NCBI GenBank assembly: GCA_013265495.1 | Contig: MU058198.1 | Location: forward strand, 880,419-944,418 | Origin: Vicugna vicugna | Lineage: Eukaryota | Direction: 5' to 3' | Length of the DNA stretch: 64,000 nt | Shown here: piece after piece, positions 1-12,526 of the stretch | Numbering within the stretch: the first letter of the stretch is position 1 | Layout: the number at the start of each line of letters is the position of its first letter | Notes under the pieces: generated by a model | Databases searched by the model: none | Told to the model about the DNA's origin: nothing | Seen by the model: only the letters and a program-made list of their open reading frames with translations | Program-made: the position numbers and the translations under genes

Positions 1-418
1 TCTTTTGCTTGACCTTACATGAGAGGCCTCTATCCTGCCCTGCAGGCCTGGCCCTTGGGTGCTTCCCTGCCCGGCTGGCCAGCTGCCCCCACAGTGAGCA
101 GAAAAGCATCTGGACACAGACTATAAGCACTTGCTGGCGACTTGCTTTCTGAAGGACTGTCTGTTCCATCTGGAGAGAGACTTTCATGACATCACTTGTT
201 TGGGATACTGGGGTGTGTCCATAGGAGAGGGACTAGACAGAGAGGAACACATCACCTTCCTTAAGAAAATCAAGCCCCGGCCCCCGCTGGAGGGGGAGTC
301 CCTGTGTAGGGAGGGTCAGCTTTCGTTTTCCTAGCTCTTGTCCTTGGAGATCTCTCTCTCCGGTGGCTTCTGAAGGCTGTGGTCACGTGGCTGGATTCAA
401 AGGTGACAGTGGCCCCCT

Positions 419-925
419 ATTTTTTAAAGCAGCTTTATTGAGGTTTCATGTATATACCATAAAGCTTATCCATTTTAAGGGTACAATTCACTGATTTTTA
501 CCAATTGTACAGTTGATAACCATCATTAAAATTCAGTTTTAGGTCATGTTTACCATCCCCAAAGATCCTTTATGCTTATTTACAGTTAATCCTCCTCCTC
601 ACCTCCAGCCCCAGCCACCACCAGTGTACTTACTCTCTGTGTCCCCAGATCTGCCTTTTGTGGACATTTCATATAAATGATGTCACACGGTTATGTGTCT
701 TTTCTGCATCTGGCTTCTTTCACTCAGAATAATGTTTTGGAGATTCATCCATGTTGTAGCACGTCTCAGTGTTTTGTTCTTTCTGAATTGCAAATATTTA
801 TTTCTCTAATCACCCCCTGATGGGCACTTACATCACGTCCTCTTCCCGGTCATTATGAATGGCGCTGCTGTGAACATTTACGGGAAGTCTCTGTGGATAT
901 ATGTCTTCATTTCTTTTGAGTTTCT
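419..925 (-). mobile_element. Old LINE-1 3' end fragment (L1MB-like)
   Basis: cagctttattgagg...cattttaagggtacaattca...ggacatttcatataaat...tcatccatgttgtagca, the typical antisense L1M 3' end. Confidence 0.85.
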
Positions 926-1238
926 AGCTCGGAGACCCTATTCCTCATACCCCTGGGTAGTGTGGCTGAGATGAGGCTGGAATATTTGGGGGTAGGTTTT
1001 ATAAATTCTCAGCAATGTTCATAAAGACAGAGATGTGGAGGGAGACCGACCTCGGTTTCTCTGATTGCAGAATGATGTTCTCGAACACTTGACCTGACCC
1101 CACTTCCCCTCCCTCAAGGCATCACACCCTGGTGTTAAGAGTGAGCTTGGGAGCTGGTCTGTCTGGGTTTCAATCCCAGCTGTTTGACTGTGGGCCAGTG
1201 ACACTGTGCCTCTGTTTCCTCATCTGTGAAATGGTACT

Positions 1239-1424
1239 TCCCTACTCCCTTTTTAAAAAACATTATTTACTTTTTGTGTGTGTGTTTGCTTTGTTTTTTG
1301 TTTGGCAGGGGAGGTACTTTGGTTTACTTATTTACTTATTTATTTTAATGGAGGCACTGGGGATTGAACCCGGGACCTTGTGCATACTAAGCACGCACTC
1401 TATGGCTGAGCTCTACCCTCCCCG
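1239..1424 (-). mobile_element. Vic-1-type tRNA-derived SINE inserted into a MIR
   Basis: Minus strand has a tRNA head (ggggagggtagagctcag...ggttcaatcccc) and an (AAAT)n/A-rich tail. 15-bp TSD ctgtgaaatggtact at 1224-1238 and 1425-1439. Confidence 0.9.
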
Positions 1425-2529
1425 CTGTGAAATGGTACTCCTGATGGTACTTCCTTCAGGGGCTTCGGAAGATTGGATGTGACAAGGCCTGTAGTGGTGG
1501 GGGAGGATTTAGCACATACAGTCTTCTCATTTGTGTTTGCTTTGTCTCCTGCCCCAGGACACAGACCCAGAGAGGGACTCGGAAAATGCCCACTGGTCCA
1601 TGTTCCACTAGACGCCAGACGTGGACCTGAACGCGCAGAGAAGCGGCGAATGCAGGTGAGGAGCAAGGAGAATGGGTGAGACCAGGGGCAGGAGGCTGGG
1701 GAGAGCTGGGGTCACACCCCCGTTCCACCTCCTAGTTAGGCCTGGGATGATAGCCCCTACCCATCAGGGTTACAGTGAAGACAGAGATGCCTGGAAAGCG
1801 TGTGGCTCCTCAGAGGTGGCTGATGAGCTGGGACGTGTCCTCTGGGCTTTGGAGCCACACAGTCCTGGATCTGAATCAAGCTCTGTCATTTCCTAGCTAC
1901 ATGGCCCTTCTGAAGGCCCTTTGTGTCTCTGCATTTTAGTTTCCCAGTCTATAAAACAAGTATGCTGTAAAGTGAAACGAGATGATACAGTTTGTCTCCA
2001 GTTTACCGGGTCAGCAGATTACTCAGCTGTCTATATCAAAACAGCTTTATCTCTGAGTCAATAAAACCGCATTAGGGTCCAAGAATTGGCAATTTTAACA
2101 AACAAGTTTGGGAAACACCAAGCATGCAAAGTGCTTAGCCTTCTGTGTATTTATGATCATTTTGCTAATTATGGTGCATGACATACAGCATGATAGTATT
2201 CACTATTTTTTGCGTGGAACAGAACCCAGCTGTGTGTGTGGGGGGGGCGTCCACACAGCCTCCCCCACCCCCTCCTCTTACATCCTCACCCTCTTCCTGG
2301 GTTTCTTCCACGGCAGCCAAATGGTGCAGCTTTCCACGCACACACCATCCATCAGCTCAGGTCAAGCACTGCTGAAAGGTTCGCTCTCAAAGCAAAGTGC
2401 TTTCTCTGCTAAACTCATTATTTCTTCCAACTGAGCCAGGAAAGGATATCATCGTTAAAACCTACTCAGGCCCAGCCAGTGATGTTTCTCAGCACTCTTG
2501 GCTTTTGGAGAGCAACGGTATAATCATTG

Positions 2530-2990
2530 CCTCCTGGATCAGCCAAGGTCCAATCAAAAAAAAAAAAAAGAAAAAAAAACTACTCCACTTTTTTTAAGCC
2601 AAGGGAATTTATGTACACAGGGAATTGGTAACACATGAGAAGGAAGAGCTGGGGGCCAGGCGGAGGACGGTGAAGCAACCCAGAGCAGGAAGCTACCACC
2701 ACGGGCCGGGCTGGAAGGATGAAGGGAGGGAATGGGGCTGGCAGAGCCCAGGGCTGGGGTCTTCTCGAAGAAGCTGGAACGTGGCACGTGTGTCTTATAG
2801 GGGCTGGAGCCTCAGACAAGTCAGAGACTCTGTCTGAGAAGCTGACTGAATCTTGGGGGGCAGGTAGAGAGAAATGTTCTGGTTTTGCTCTTTCCTTCGC
2901 CATCCAAGGTCCTGCTGGCCGGGCTAGCTGCTAACTGATTCGGCAGCCTGGGAAATGCAGCCTCCAGGGAGAAGGGAGGGGTGTCTCTGC
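2530..2990 (-). mobile_element. Ancient ERVL-type LTR fragment (LTR33-like)
   Basis: ggatcagccaaggtccaatca...gggaattta...acagggaattggtaacaca resembles an LTR33-family terminus. Confidence 0.4.
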
Positions 2991-3041
2991 CACCAACAGG
3001 CCTAAGACCAGCTCACCCCTGTTCCCTCAAATGCCCTAGAG

Positions 3042-3264
3042 CAAGGGTTGGCCAACTATGGCCCACGGGCCAAATCCGGCCCACAACTTGTCTTTGTAAA
3101 TAAAGTTTTATTGGCACACAGCCATGCCCATTCATTTATATGTTGTTGATGAACCTGTTTGTGCTATAACAGTAGAGTTAAACAGTTGCAACAGAGACCA
3201 CCTGGGGCCTGCTAAGCCTAAAATATTTCCTATCTGGCTCTTTACAGAAGTTTGCAGATCCCTG
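3042..3264 (+). mobile_element. MER58A (hAT-Charlie)
   Basis: caagggttggccaactatggcccacgggccaaatccggccc...aataaagttttattgg...tttacagaagtttgcagatccctg, near full length. Confidence 0.92.
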
Positions 3265-5044
3265 CTCTGGGGGAGGTAAAAATGCCTCTTCACAGGGCCT
3301 GGGGACTTGTCGGGGGAGGCAAAGGATGAATGGCACAGTGGGGGTCCTGGAGAATCTCTCTCTCTCTCTCTGTATCACTAGTTTTGGCCAAAGAAGCTGT
3401 GATTCCATGGGACAGGGTTGAATCTTCCAGCTAGACTGAGCGTTCCATGAGGGTAGGTCCTCTGGAGCCCCAGCGTCCATTAGCACTGCCTGCAGCTGGT
3501 CATTTGTCAGCCTTGGGCAGCAGCACAAAATGTTCCCATCACGCCCCATCTGGTAACTGCTTATTTTGACTGCAGGGGGCCCTTATTATCCAAAGATTAT
3601 TTACGCTAGGATCAGCCCTCTGAAAGTCAATCTCCTTTAAAGGGCACCAAGATTTCATTATAGGCAGTGAGGGAAAAAAAAATCAAGGAAAAATATGGAA
3701 CGATTGAGTTATAAAATTGGAAAAGCTAAGTTTTATATTAGGTTTGATGTATTTAATACAGTTTCAGTGTTACTAACAACTCTGCACTAAATCTTAGGAT
3801 AAACAAAAAATGAGTCATCTTTTTTGGCACAGATTTTTCTGAAAAAATTAAGTGTCAGCATGGTGTGACATCCTTTCCTTCGTGTTTGACTGACAACATG
3901 ATCATAAAGAGTATTTCTTTTTTTTTTTTTTTGCAAAGTTGGAGAGCTTCACCCAAGTTTTCAAGGTGCTCTCAATCCACTGAATTCCAAATCTAAATGT
4001 TAGCGCCCTGGAACAAGTCTCAGTCATCTTATCCCAGTTACAGCGTGGTCTGACACATGCTAGGTGCTCAACAGATATTTCAGAATGGAGTCAAACCTAG
4101 ATGGAAGAGGAGATGCCAGAATTGGTGCTAATTGGTTATCTTTTGGAAACTAAGAAGTGTGAATATATTGGTTTGGCTGAAAGGGACAGAAACACAGCTC
4201 AAAGTGGCTTAGGCCAGTAGGGGATTGGGGGCTTGGAGTCCAAGCTAGGGTTGAGCAACCACAGGAAGCGCTATGAGGCAGGTGGGCCTGACGAACCATT
4301 GGAAGCAGGATCATTGTTCTGCTGTCCCTGCTTCTCTCCAAGTGTGAGCTTCCTTTCTACGGTGCTGGGTGAATGTACTCCCTGTGGTAGGAAACATGGC
4401 AGCCATTGGTGTTGATCATGACCAACTAGAGAGAAGCCACTTCTTGGCTTCTGATTGACCCATCCCACCAATCAACTGTGGCTTAATGTTGAAGAAGAAC
4501 TTGGCAGTTCTTGTGGAAATGTTATGGATAGAGCTGGGCAAAAATCAATGACCAGAAGGACAGAGAGTTCTGGGGGAGACAAAACAATAGATTCGCTCTA
4601 CAATGGGCTTCTCTGCCAAGCTCAGTGCTGGTCCTCCTACCCAGACATGGCTGCCCAAATAGCTTCTTGGACCCTTGTGAGGCTCAGACTTTAGCACAGT
4701 TGATCCTCTGTGCTCTGCCTAGCACTCACTTTCTCACTGTTTGGGCATGTCTCCTCCATGAAGCTGTCTCAATCCCTCCACTCCGGAGAGAGTAGTCAGC
4801 TTCCTTCTTTGTGCCTCAGCATTTAATTTATACTGATGTGCCTACATATCTAATAGACTTATGTACTTACATAGCTTCCTATCCACACCGTGAACATTTG
4901 AGGTTACAGGTACCCAGAGGTTGGAGTTTGGCATGGCATTTAGTAAACACTCAACGCATCTTTGCCGATGGAACAGGGGGCTTCCAGACAGCTATCATCA
5001 CATGAAGACAGCGCTTGGCATTTCCATTTGCGTGAGTTTTAGGA

Positions 5045-5270
5045 AAAGGAGGCAGCATAACACAGGAGTTAAAAACCCAAACTGTGGAATCACCAAATGT
5101 GGATTCCAGTTCTGACTCTGCTACTTAACTGGCTGTGTGATCTTGGACGAGATACTTAACCTCTCTGAGCCTCAGAGGTAAAAATGGGGGTGATGATGGT
5201 CATAATAATATCTTCACACAACACAGCACAATGTCTGGCACATAGTAGGCACTCAATAAATGGTAGCTGT
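5045..5270 (+). mobile_element. MIR SINE
   Basis: ctctgctacttaactggctgtgtgatcttgg...acctctctgagcctcag...ggcacatagtaggcactcaataaatgg. Confidence 0.85.
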
Positions 5271-5989
5271 TCTGATGGCCAAATGGTTAAACTGTCCTCA
5301 TTTTTCCTTCTCTGCTAAATGGAGAAGCTTCTGTACAGTAAAATTGAGACAATAAACCAGACTAGAAAATTCTTCAAAGGAAACCATCCCCATAACCCCA
5401 CAGCTCACTAATTGGGAATACTGAAGTCCCTTGGGGCAGTAGCAGGTCACTATGTCAGACAGTGGCTCACCTGCACTTCATTTTATCCACTTAAACGAGG
5501 TTGGTCTAAAGAGCAGTGTGTCCAGGGGAGATTGGAGTGAACAAGCAGCACACGGTCACCAATCTGGCCTTGTAAATGGCAGACCCCAGTCCAAACTTCT
5601 AAAGCTGAAGCTCCTTTTGTGAATAATTTATTCTATTTTCCTTTCAACCCCTGTTTGTGATTTCATTGTGTTTAAGAGAGGACAAATGCTTTGCACAAAA
5701 CTCTTACCATATCCGTTCTCTTAACCAATGATCAGGGGAAAAAACCACCTTTGTTCCCCACTTTGAAAGTGAAGGTAACCATTGAAGTGAGCCTCCATCT
5801 GCCAGCCGAGAATGCCCAGGTTAGAGGGTGTCCATGCCGCCATCCTTTCCCACCCTGCAGCCTTGAGCTTTGCTACTTGTCTGGCTGGATACTTCCTTTC
5901 CCTGTTCACCTGCCCTTTTAGAGTCTATTCTGAAAAAGAAAGAGTCTTTGCCACAGCTAAAACCCCTTGCCTGATCTGAGAATCAGCAG

Positions 5990-6282
5990 GCTTGTATACA
6001 AATACACATTCCTAGGACTGGCCACAGAGGGTTTTGTTTCAGGAGGTCTGGAGTGGAACTGGAGGATGTAAATTTGTCCCTGCATCACAGGTGGTTCTTA
6101 TAATCAAGGAATTTTGAGAAACAAGTTTTATGTCAGGGCTTCTCAAGACTTATCTAGGTATCTTATTCACACACACATGCGATTCAGCAGGTCTGGAATG
6201 GGCCTGAGAGCCTGCATTTCTAATGCGCTCCCAGGTGTTGCCCACGCTTCTGATCCACGGACCACACTTCGGGAACGGCAGC
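5990..6282. mobile_element. MER5A/MER5B-type hAT fragments (adjacent pair)
   Basis: gattcagcaggtctggaatgggcctgagagcctgcatttctaa...tcccaggtg...ggaccacactt, with a related degenerate copy immediately upstream. Confidence 0.75.
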
Positions 6283-7644
6283 GGCTAAACTGTTGCGTCT
6301 TGAAGAATGCATTAGTTTGCATAAGACATTTAAGAAGATGCTGATTTGCGTAGGTTGTTCATTAGGGATTAGGTAGTTCGGAATCCCTTGAGGAACTGTT
6401 TTGCATTGATGACAATGACATATTCAGATTTTCTTTAGGGAATTTTTATTGAGAGCGGATTTCTAAACTGAAGTCCATTGGAGTGTGGGGAGAAAAAATA
6501 GATTTCTCTTCCTCTTTATTGTTCATTTCATCCTTAAAATATCTCCTCCATCAATGTTTTATAACCATCCCATGTATCCATGTAATAGGACATACGTGTA
6601 TAATCTATGTACACATATAGGTGTGGTGGGGTGCCTGCTCAAAGACACTTTTTATTAATGGGGTGTGTAATAAGAAAGTTTAGAGACCATGGCTTTAGGT
6701 TCTCTTGAACAGAATAAGTTTTGGGGGAGGAGAGGTTTCTCAAATGATAAAAGTCATTGTTTCTGAAAGAAGAGAAGGGGCTGAGCAGTCAGTGCTCACT
6801 TCTACCCAGCTCATAGATCAGAGCAGTAAGGTCATCCGAAGGGCAGAAGGTCAGATAGCAGTGCTTCCCCTGGACCTTCACTGCAGGAGGGTCTCTCTCT
6901 TTCTCGTCCTCTGTCTTGTCCCTCCACTTTAGTCCCATCCCTGGAAAAAGGTTTGTGTCCAGATGGCACAAAGAGAGAGCTTACAGGGTGAGCTGACAGA
7001 CTTCCCTGGAGCCCAAGGGAAAGAACTCTGTGGACAGCACCTGTAATTCAATCTTTCCTTGATTTATTGCTGCCCCTTGTCCCCACCATCCAATTGCTTG
7101 TCTTCTCTCCTTTGTGACTGAGTGGTGCTGAAAGGTTTGACACACATCAGCGTGATGAATATACTCAGAAGAGTCAGAGGCATTGGTGCATTTGGGCCAC
7201 TGATTTATGTCTCATGAAAGCCAAGGGGAGAGGTGCAGTGATTGGAGCTGCCTGGTAACTCAAAGGGAAGGCACCAAGGACTCAGCCTGGTGTGTGATCA
7301 CTGATTGGCAGATCAGTCCCCATTCCCCAGGACAGTGTCTTCCAGTGGGTCCTCCAGGGCCCTCTGGGCAAAGTACTAAGTTAATACAGAGACCATCGGC
7401 CAGCAGAGCCAAAGGAGATTTTATTAGGCCCAAAGTGTGCCTTATGGGAGTCAAGTGAGGTCCAGGACCAAGCCTGACTCGTCCAAGCCTGACACTGGTG
7501 CCCTGTGTTGCATAAGGTGACTGGTTTCCAGTCTCTGCCTATATATGTTAGTTGGGTAAATAGGAGATTCTGATTCTGCTGCTTCCAGCTGCTCCTGGTA
7601 GCTAAGTCGCCTAGTCTCTTGGACCCTTTAGTTCCCCACGTATC

Positions 7645-8010
7645 CACTCGCCATTCAACAAATCATTTTTCAGCACCAGGCATTGCTCTAGGGGGTGTGG
7701 ATACAGCACTGAACAAGACAGAAAAGGTCCTTAACCTCTTGGAACTCACATTCGTGGAGTCAGATAATAAACAAATAATCTAGTAAATAAAGGGGATATT
7801 TCCTGATACTGGTAAGTGTTATAAAGAAACCAAAGCATGATAGAAATGGATAGAAACTGACTAAAGAAGTAGCCAGAGGCAAGATGGTCCGATCACATTT
7901 GAGCTCAGGTTGAATGAAGGGAAGCCAGGCATGAGCTGATCTGAGCGAGCACCTCCCAGGCAGGGGAACTAACTCGGCACAATCAAAGAACCAAGGCAAG
8001 GGCAGTGTGG
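7645..8010 (-). mobile_element. LINE-2 3' fragment
   Basis: cattcaacaaat...ccaggcattgctctagg...ggatacagcactgaacaagacag...ggaactcacattc. Confidence 0.8.
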
Positions 8011-8352
8011 ACAAAGAAAAGCAGGTACTTTAAGGGTTGACCATGTGGCTGTTCCTCAGTGCTGGAGGCCTTCAATGATTTCCTGATTAACGCCACCGCT
8101 GGACCCAGAATGTGTCTGGTGTGAGCCGTTCGGTGAGACGAGAAGGTACATGAGGCAACAGTGGAGATGTGATACACAGACGGCTGGATGATTCCCGACC
8201 CTGACCAGAATGTTCCCTTGGGTCCCAGCAAAGCTCTGGACTGCACCCAAGCTGTATGAGACCCACAGCACCTCCCAGTGGCTGCCCTGGGATTGTCTGA
8301 CTCTTTTTTTTTTTTTTCTTACTAATTTCTTTTTGATTCTGCAAGGGGATTT

Positions 8353-8986
8353 TGTACCACGTTGCCCTCTGTCTTTGACCTGTGGACTAAGAATGCTGCC
8401 ATATCAGCAAACAAAGGATGTTGCAGCCATCAAGCTATCGGCCACTGCAGCCGCCCCCAACAGTGTACCTTAAGGGGACTCAGGTTCTTGGCCCTAGGTA
8501 GGTAAGGTGCATATCAAAGGAATGATTTCAATGAGCCCAGACTCTTGCATCTTCCCAAACTTAGAAAAAGCACTAAATTCATTGACTTGAGATGCCTGTT
8601 TTTCTTTAATTAGCAGTAATCTTGCTGGGGAGGATATAGCTCAGTGACAGAGTGTATGCTTAGCATGCATGAGGTCCTGGGTTCGATCCCTGGGACCCCC
8701 CACCATCTAAATGAATGAATGGATAAATAAATAAATAAACCTAATTACCTCCCCTCACTGGGGGAAAAAAATCAGTAATCTTTTGATGTTCTGGCAATCT
8801 GGATTTTTTCCCCCCCCAAACCCCTATATACCCTGGCCCCTCCCTTATCCCTGCAGAGCAGTCCCCTAGAACTATCTTAGAGGCTGTCTTCCAGTCTGAA
8901 GTCCCCAGGCTTTCCCCTCAAATAAAAAATAGTACTCAACTTTACGGCGGTGCTTTTTTTTTTTTTTTTTCTGTTGCCGGAACACA
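8353..8986 (+). mobile_element. Solo ERV1-class LTR (MER34/MER39/LTR39-like), interrupted by a SINE
   Basis: TG...CA ends, TATA-like cctatata (8823-8830), AATAAA (8921-8926) and a T-rich U5. Flanks are gattt/gatct. Confidence 0.7.
8627..8772 (+). mobile_element. Vic-1-type SINE inside an LTR
   Basis: ggggaggatatagctcagtgacagagtgtatgcttagcatgcatgaggtcctgggttcgatccc...(taaa)n cctaattacctcccc. TSD cagtaatctt at 8614-8623 and 8773-8782. Confidence 0.92.
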
Positions 8987-9214
8987 GATCTCAGTTCTAT
9001 GTCAGGGATTTCCTAGTTCACACAGCACACAATTGCTTCTTTAACCAGCCCTCTCCCTTCCATTTTCCCAACGCTTTCTACTTTAGGCAAATCTTTTCCC
9101 TTCTTTCCTTTTGCTCCTTATTTCACATAAAAGCCCCAAAGGGTCATAAACAGGCTTGGTAATGGTAGAGCCTTTTGGGTGACAGGTCTATATTCAGGTG
9201 AGGGAGAAACTTCA

Positions 9215-9612
9215 TTTTTTCTCAGCTTTATTGAGGTAGAGTTGACAAATTAAATGGTAGATATTTAAAACTCACAACGTGATGATTTGACATACATATA
9301 CTCTATGAAATGACTACCAAAATCAGGTTATTCAACATATTCATCACCTCATATAAACACCTTGTGTGTGCGTGTTTTTTGGGGGTGGTGGTGGTGAGAA
9401 TGCTTAAGATTTACTCTTAGCAAGCTTCAAGCACACAACACAGTATTATTAACTGCAGTCTCCGCGCTGCACCTGAGATCCCCTGAGATCCCCTGCGATA
9501 AGCTCATTCATCTTATCACTGAAGGCTCATACCTTTGACCAGCATCTCCCATCTCTCCCACTCTCCAGTCCCTGGCAACCATCATTCTACACTCTGTTTC
9601 CCTGAGTTCGAT
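9215..9612 (-). mobile_element. LINE-1 3' end fragment (L1MA9-like)
   Basis: cagctttattgaggtagagttgaca...ggtgagaatgcttaagatttactcttagcaag...cctggcaaccatcattctac. Confidence 0.85.
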
Positions 9613-10412
9613 GAACAGGTATAGTTTTGTACTGGCAGTGGCAACGTCACGGAGAACCACCTTGTGAACCACAAAAGCCACTGAAAGAACCCAAGGTTGA
9701 GTTTAGAATCTCCAGGAATGCCTCCCTTGATTTCTCTGTCATCTCGTGAGTTACGTTTATTTTTCATCCTCCTCGCCGATGCACACCTTGCTGTGTGCAG
9801 GACATCTACCTCTAACCTAAGACTCTTTTATTTAACATTTTAATTATTAGCGCTCACCGGAACGGCTTTATACCATTTTAGAGATTGCAGATATGAAGGA
9901 CTTCAGCTACTTCAGTGTTAAATAAGCTACTGAGAATGATTCTGGGAACTCAACTGCCACATATTCCTGCAGGATGGATTTTATTTAACTCCAAAAACAT
10001 TTACGGAGCACTTGGGATGTGCCGGGGTGAGTTGAATGACAGTGTTGAGTGAGATTTGGTCTCTGCCTCCTAGGATCTCACAGCGCGTGTCATAGAAAGT
10101 CAAGTAAAGAGATACGTGCAATACAGTATTTGGCAGGATTGGGCACTGGTGTGTTAATTTGTGTTCATTATAACTTTATGTTTCCCTTTTGCTGTTTCAA
10201 GCAGATTGCTAGGCAGTGTAGTTCTAACCCTTGGGGGTGTTTACGGGCTTGAAAGAAGAATCTGCTTAAAGTCAGTGGTTCTTCCTGTCTTTCGTAAAAT
10301 GCTTAAACTCACTGAAGAGATGAGAAGGAGAAGGAGAAGGGAGGGCAAGGTCAGAGAAAGGACAAGATCCTGGAGTCTGGGAAGGCTGAAGGTTGACAGG
10401 TCATTGAGTTGG

Positions 10413-10896
10413 CGTGATGGTTGAGTGTCCACGTGACCGGGCTAGGAGGCCCAGATAGCTGGTCAGACATTATTTCTGGGTGTTTAAGGGTCAAACATTA
10501 TTTCTGGATATTTAGGGCTGTTTCTGAGAGATTAGCCTCTGAATCGGTAGACTGAGCGCAGATATTGCCCTCACCTTCGTGGGTGTGCCGTCATCCAGTC
10601 TATTGAGGGCCTGAGTAGAAAGCAGAGGTGGAGGCAGGGAGCTTGCTCTCAGCTTGAGCTGATACTTCCATCTTCTCCTGCCCTTGGACATCAGCAGTCT
10701 TGGCTCCCAGGCCTTTGGGCTTGGTCTGGAACTGCACCACCAGCTTTCATGGGCCTCCAGCTTGCAGATGGCAAAGCGTGGGACTTCTCGGCCTCCGTAG
10801 TCGGGTAAGCCCGTCTCTCTTAATTAATCTCTTCCTCTATCTATCTGTCTATCTATCCTATTGGTTCTGTTTTTCTGCAGAACCCTGACTGATAGA
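10413..10896 (+). mobile_element. MLT2 (ERVL) LTR
   Basis: gtgatggtt...cagatagctggtcagacattatttctgggtg...ccagcttgcagatggca...tcctattggttctgt...gaaccctgactgataga. Confidence 0.88.
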
Positions 10897-11066
10897 GTTG
10901 GTACCGCCCAACGTTGCTCAGAAGCAACACCTTGTAAATATACAATTCTCCTGGGATTTTAAACCCTAAGAATCAAGGTTTCCAGCCTTGGCAAAGATTT
11001 CTCTGTCCCTCTTTCAGGCAGCATCAGAGGAACACTTGAATTCAAGAGACTTGTGTTGGCTTAGAC

Positions 11067-11265
11067 CTGGAATCAGCAAACTACGGTCTGCTACCTGCTT
11101 GCGTAAATAAAGTTTTATTGGAATGCAGCCACGACCATTCATTTATCCAGCCTATGGCTGCTTTTGCTACACACGGCAGAGCAGAGTAGTTGCAATGGAG
11201 AATGTATGGCCTCAAAGTTCAAAAATATTTATTATTTAGCCCTTCACAGAAATCCTTGCTGACTG
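11067..11265 (+). mobile_element. MER58A (hAT-Charlie)
   Basis: cagcaaactacgg...gtaaataaagttttattggaatgcagccacg...aaaatatttattatttagcccttcacaga. Confidence 0.88.
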
Positions 11266-11974
11266 GCTTGGACAATGCACATCTCAGCAGTGACAGCATG
11301 GACCAAAAATCTAGCACACATACTTGAAGACTTTGGGCTGAGTAAGACTTGGGGACTTTCGTATGCCCCTCAGAGGTGTAGGCTGCGGTGCTCGAGGAAG
11401 GTGTACTGAAGATGAGTGAGGTCCACTTTTCTACCAGTCCAGTAAGATGGGGACCCAGAGTTGGATTTAGGTTGATAAAAGGAAAATAAAGGCATGGGAT
11501 AATCTTGCATGCAAAAGGTTTGTCTCTGCTTTGGTAGAGATGGCATGATAATATTAAAAAACACTACTGAGTGCATTCCATCACTGCTGGAAATTCTTTA
11601 TTCACTGTCCTTCCCACCTCATTCCAACCTCATTCTATCCTCATCACCCTTGGAAGGGCCATAACAGCAGGAATGCACAGAGGAAGGATGAAAAAAAAGG
11701 ACAACGCTTAGCTTCTGAGTTTCCAAACAGGCTGTTGAAACTCCTGGCGCCTGACAAGAATTTTGAAAGCCAAGATTTGCTTTATAAGGCCCAGGGTTTT
11801 ACAGTTTCAAAAGCCAACGTCCCAAAGAGTTTGGGGTGTAAGGTTTATGCCATAATGAAACAATTGGGAAAGGTAGGTGAAGAGTCAGTTTTATTGCGAC
11901 AGAAGTGATAAAAAAAAAAATCTCCCTGGGAAGAGAGATAAAGAAGGAGAAACAAGAGAATGAGGTGCTGATAA

Positions 11975-12526
11975 ATATTGAATTGGTTATTTATTGCTGC
12001 GTAACAAATCATCCCAAAACTTAGTGGCTTAAAGCCTGTAATTTGGGCCAAGTTTGATATAGAAGGCTCCTCAGCTGGAATGGCTTGGTGGGGTGGGGGT
12101 TGGGGCAGTTAGGAAGATCTATTTTCAAGATGGTTCATTCATACAGCCGGCGGGTTGGCGCTGGCTGGTGGTCGGGACTCAGCTGGGGCAATGGCCATGG
12201 ATCTGTTTCCTCTCCATGAGCCCCTTCTTGGAATGTTCAGACTTTTCATAGCATGGGGTCTGGGTTCCAAGAGCAGAGTGTCCCAAGAGAGGAAAATGGC
12301 AATGCATAGCATTTAGATGATCTGCCCTTGGAAGTCACATAACATTTTTTTTGCCCTTTATTGGCGGAGGCAGTCACAAAGTTCTGCTCAGGTTCAAGGA
12401 AGGGAATGTAGATCAGTTACTCAGTGGATGGACTGTCAAGGTCACACTAGTAGAGATGTAGGAATGAAGAGACGTGGGATGAGAGACATTGTTGCCACTC
12501 TCTTTGGGAAAGCCAGTCTGTCACAA
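11975..12526 (-). mobile_element. MaLR LTR (MLT1 family)
   Basis: ggttatttattgctgcgtaacaaatcatcccaaaacttagtggcttaaa...agtcacaaagttctgctcaggttcaagg. Confidence 0.8.

Noticed and set aside
7031..7132. Additional RE1 half-sites (GGACAGCACC; TTCAGCACC on minus; others near 7670, 14490 and 41700)
   Set aside because: Isolated half-sites without the partner half at canonical spacing or orientation.
8627..8700. tRNA gene (also at 1350-1424, 19750-19823 and 34985-35057)
   Set aside because: A/B-box heads are followed by SINE bodies and A-rich tails, mostly with TSDs; these are SINEs, not tRNAs.
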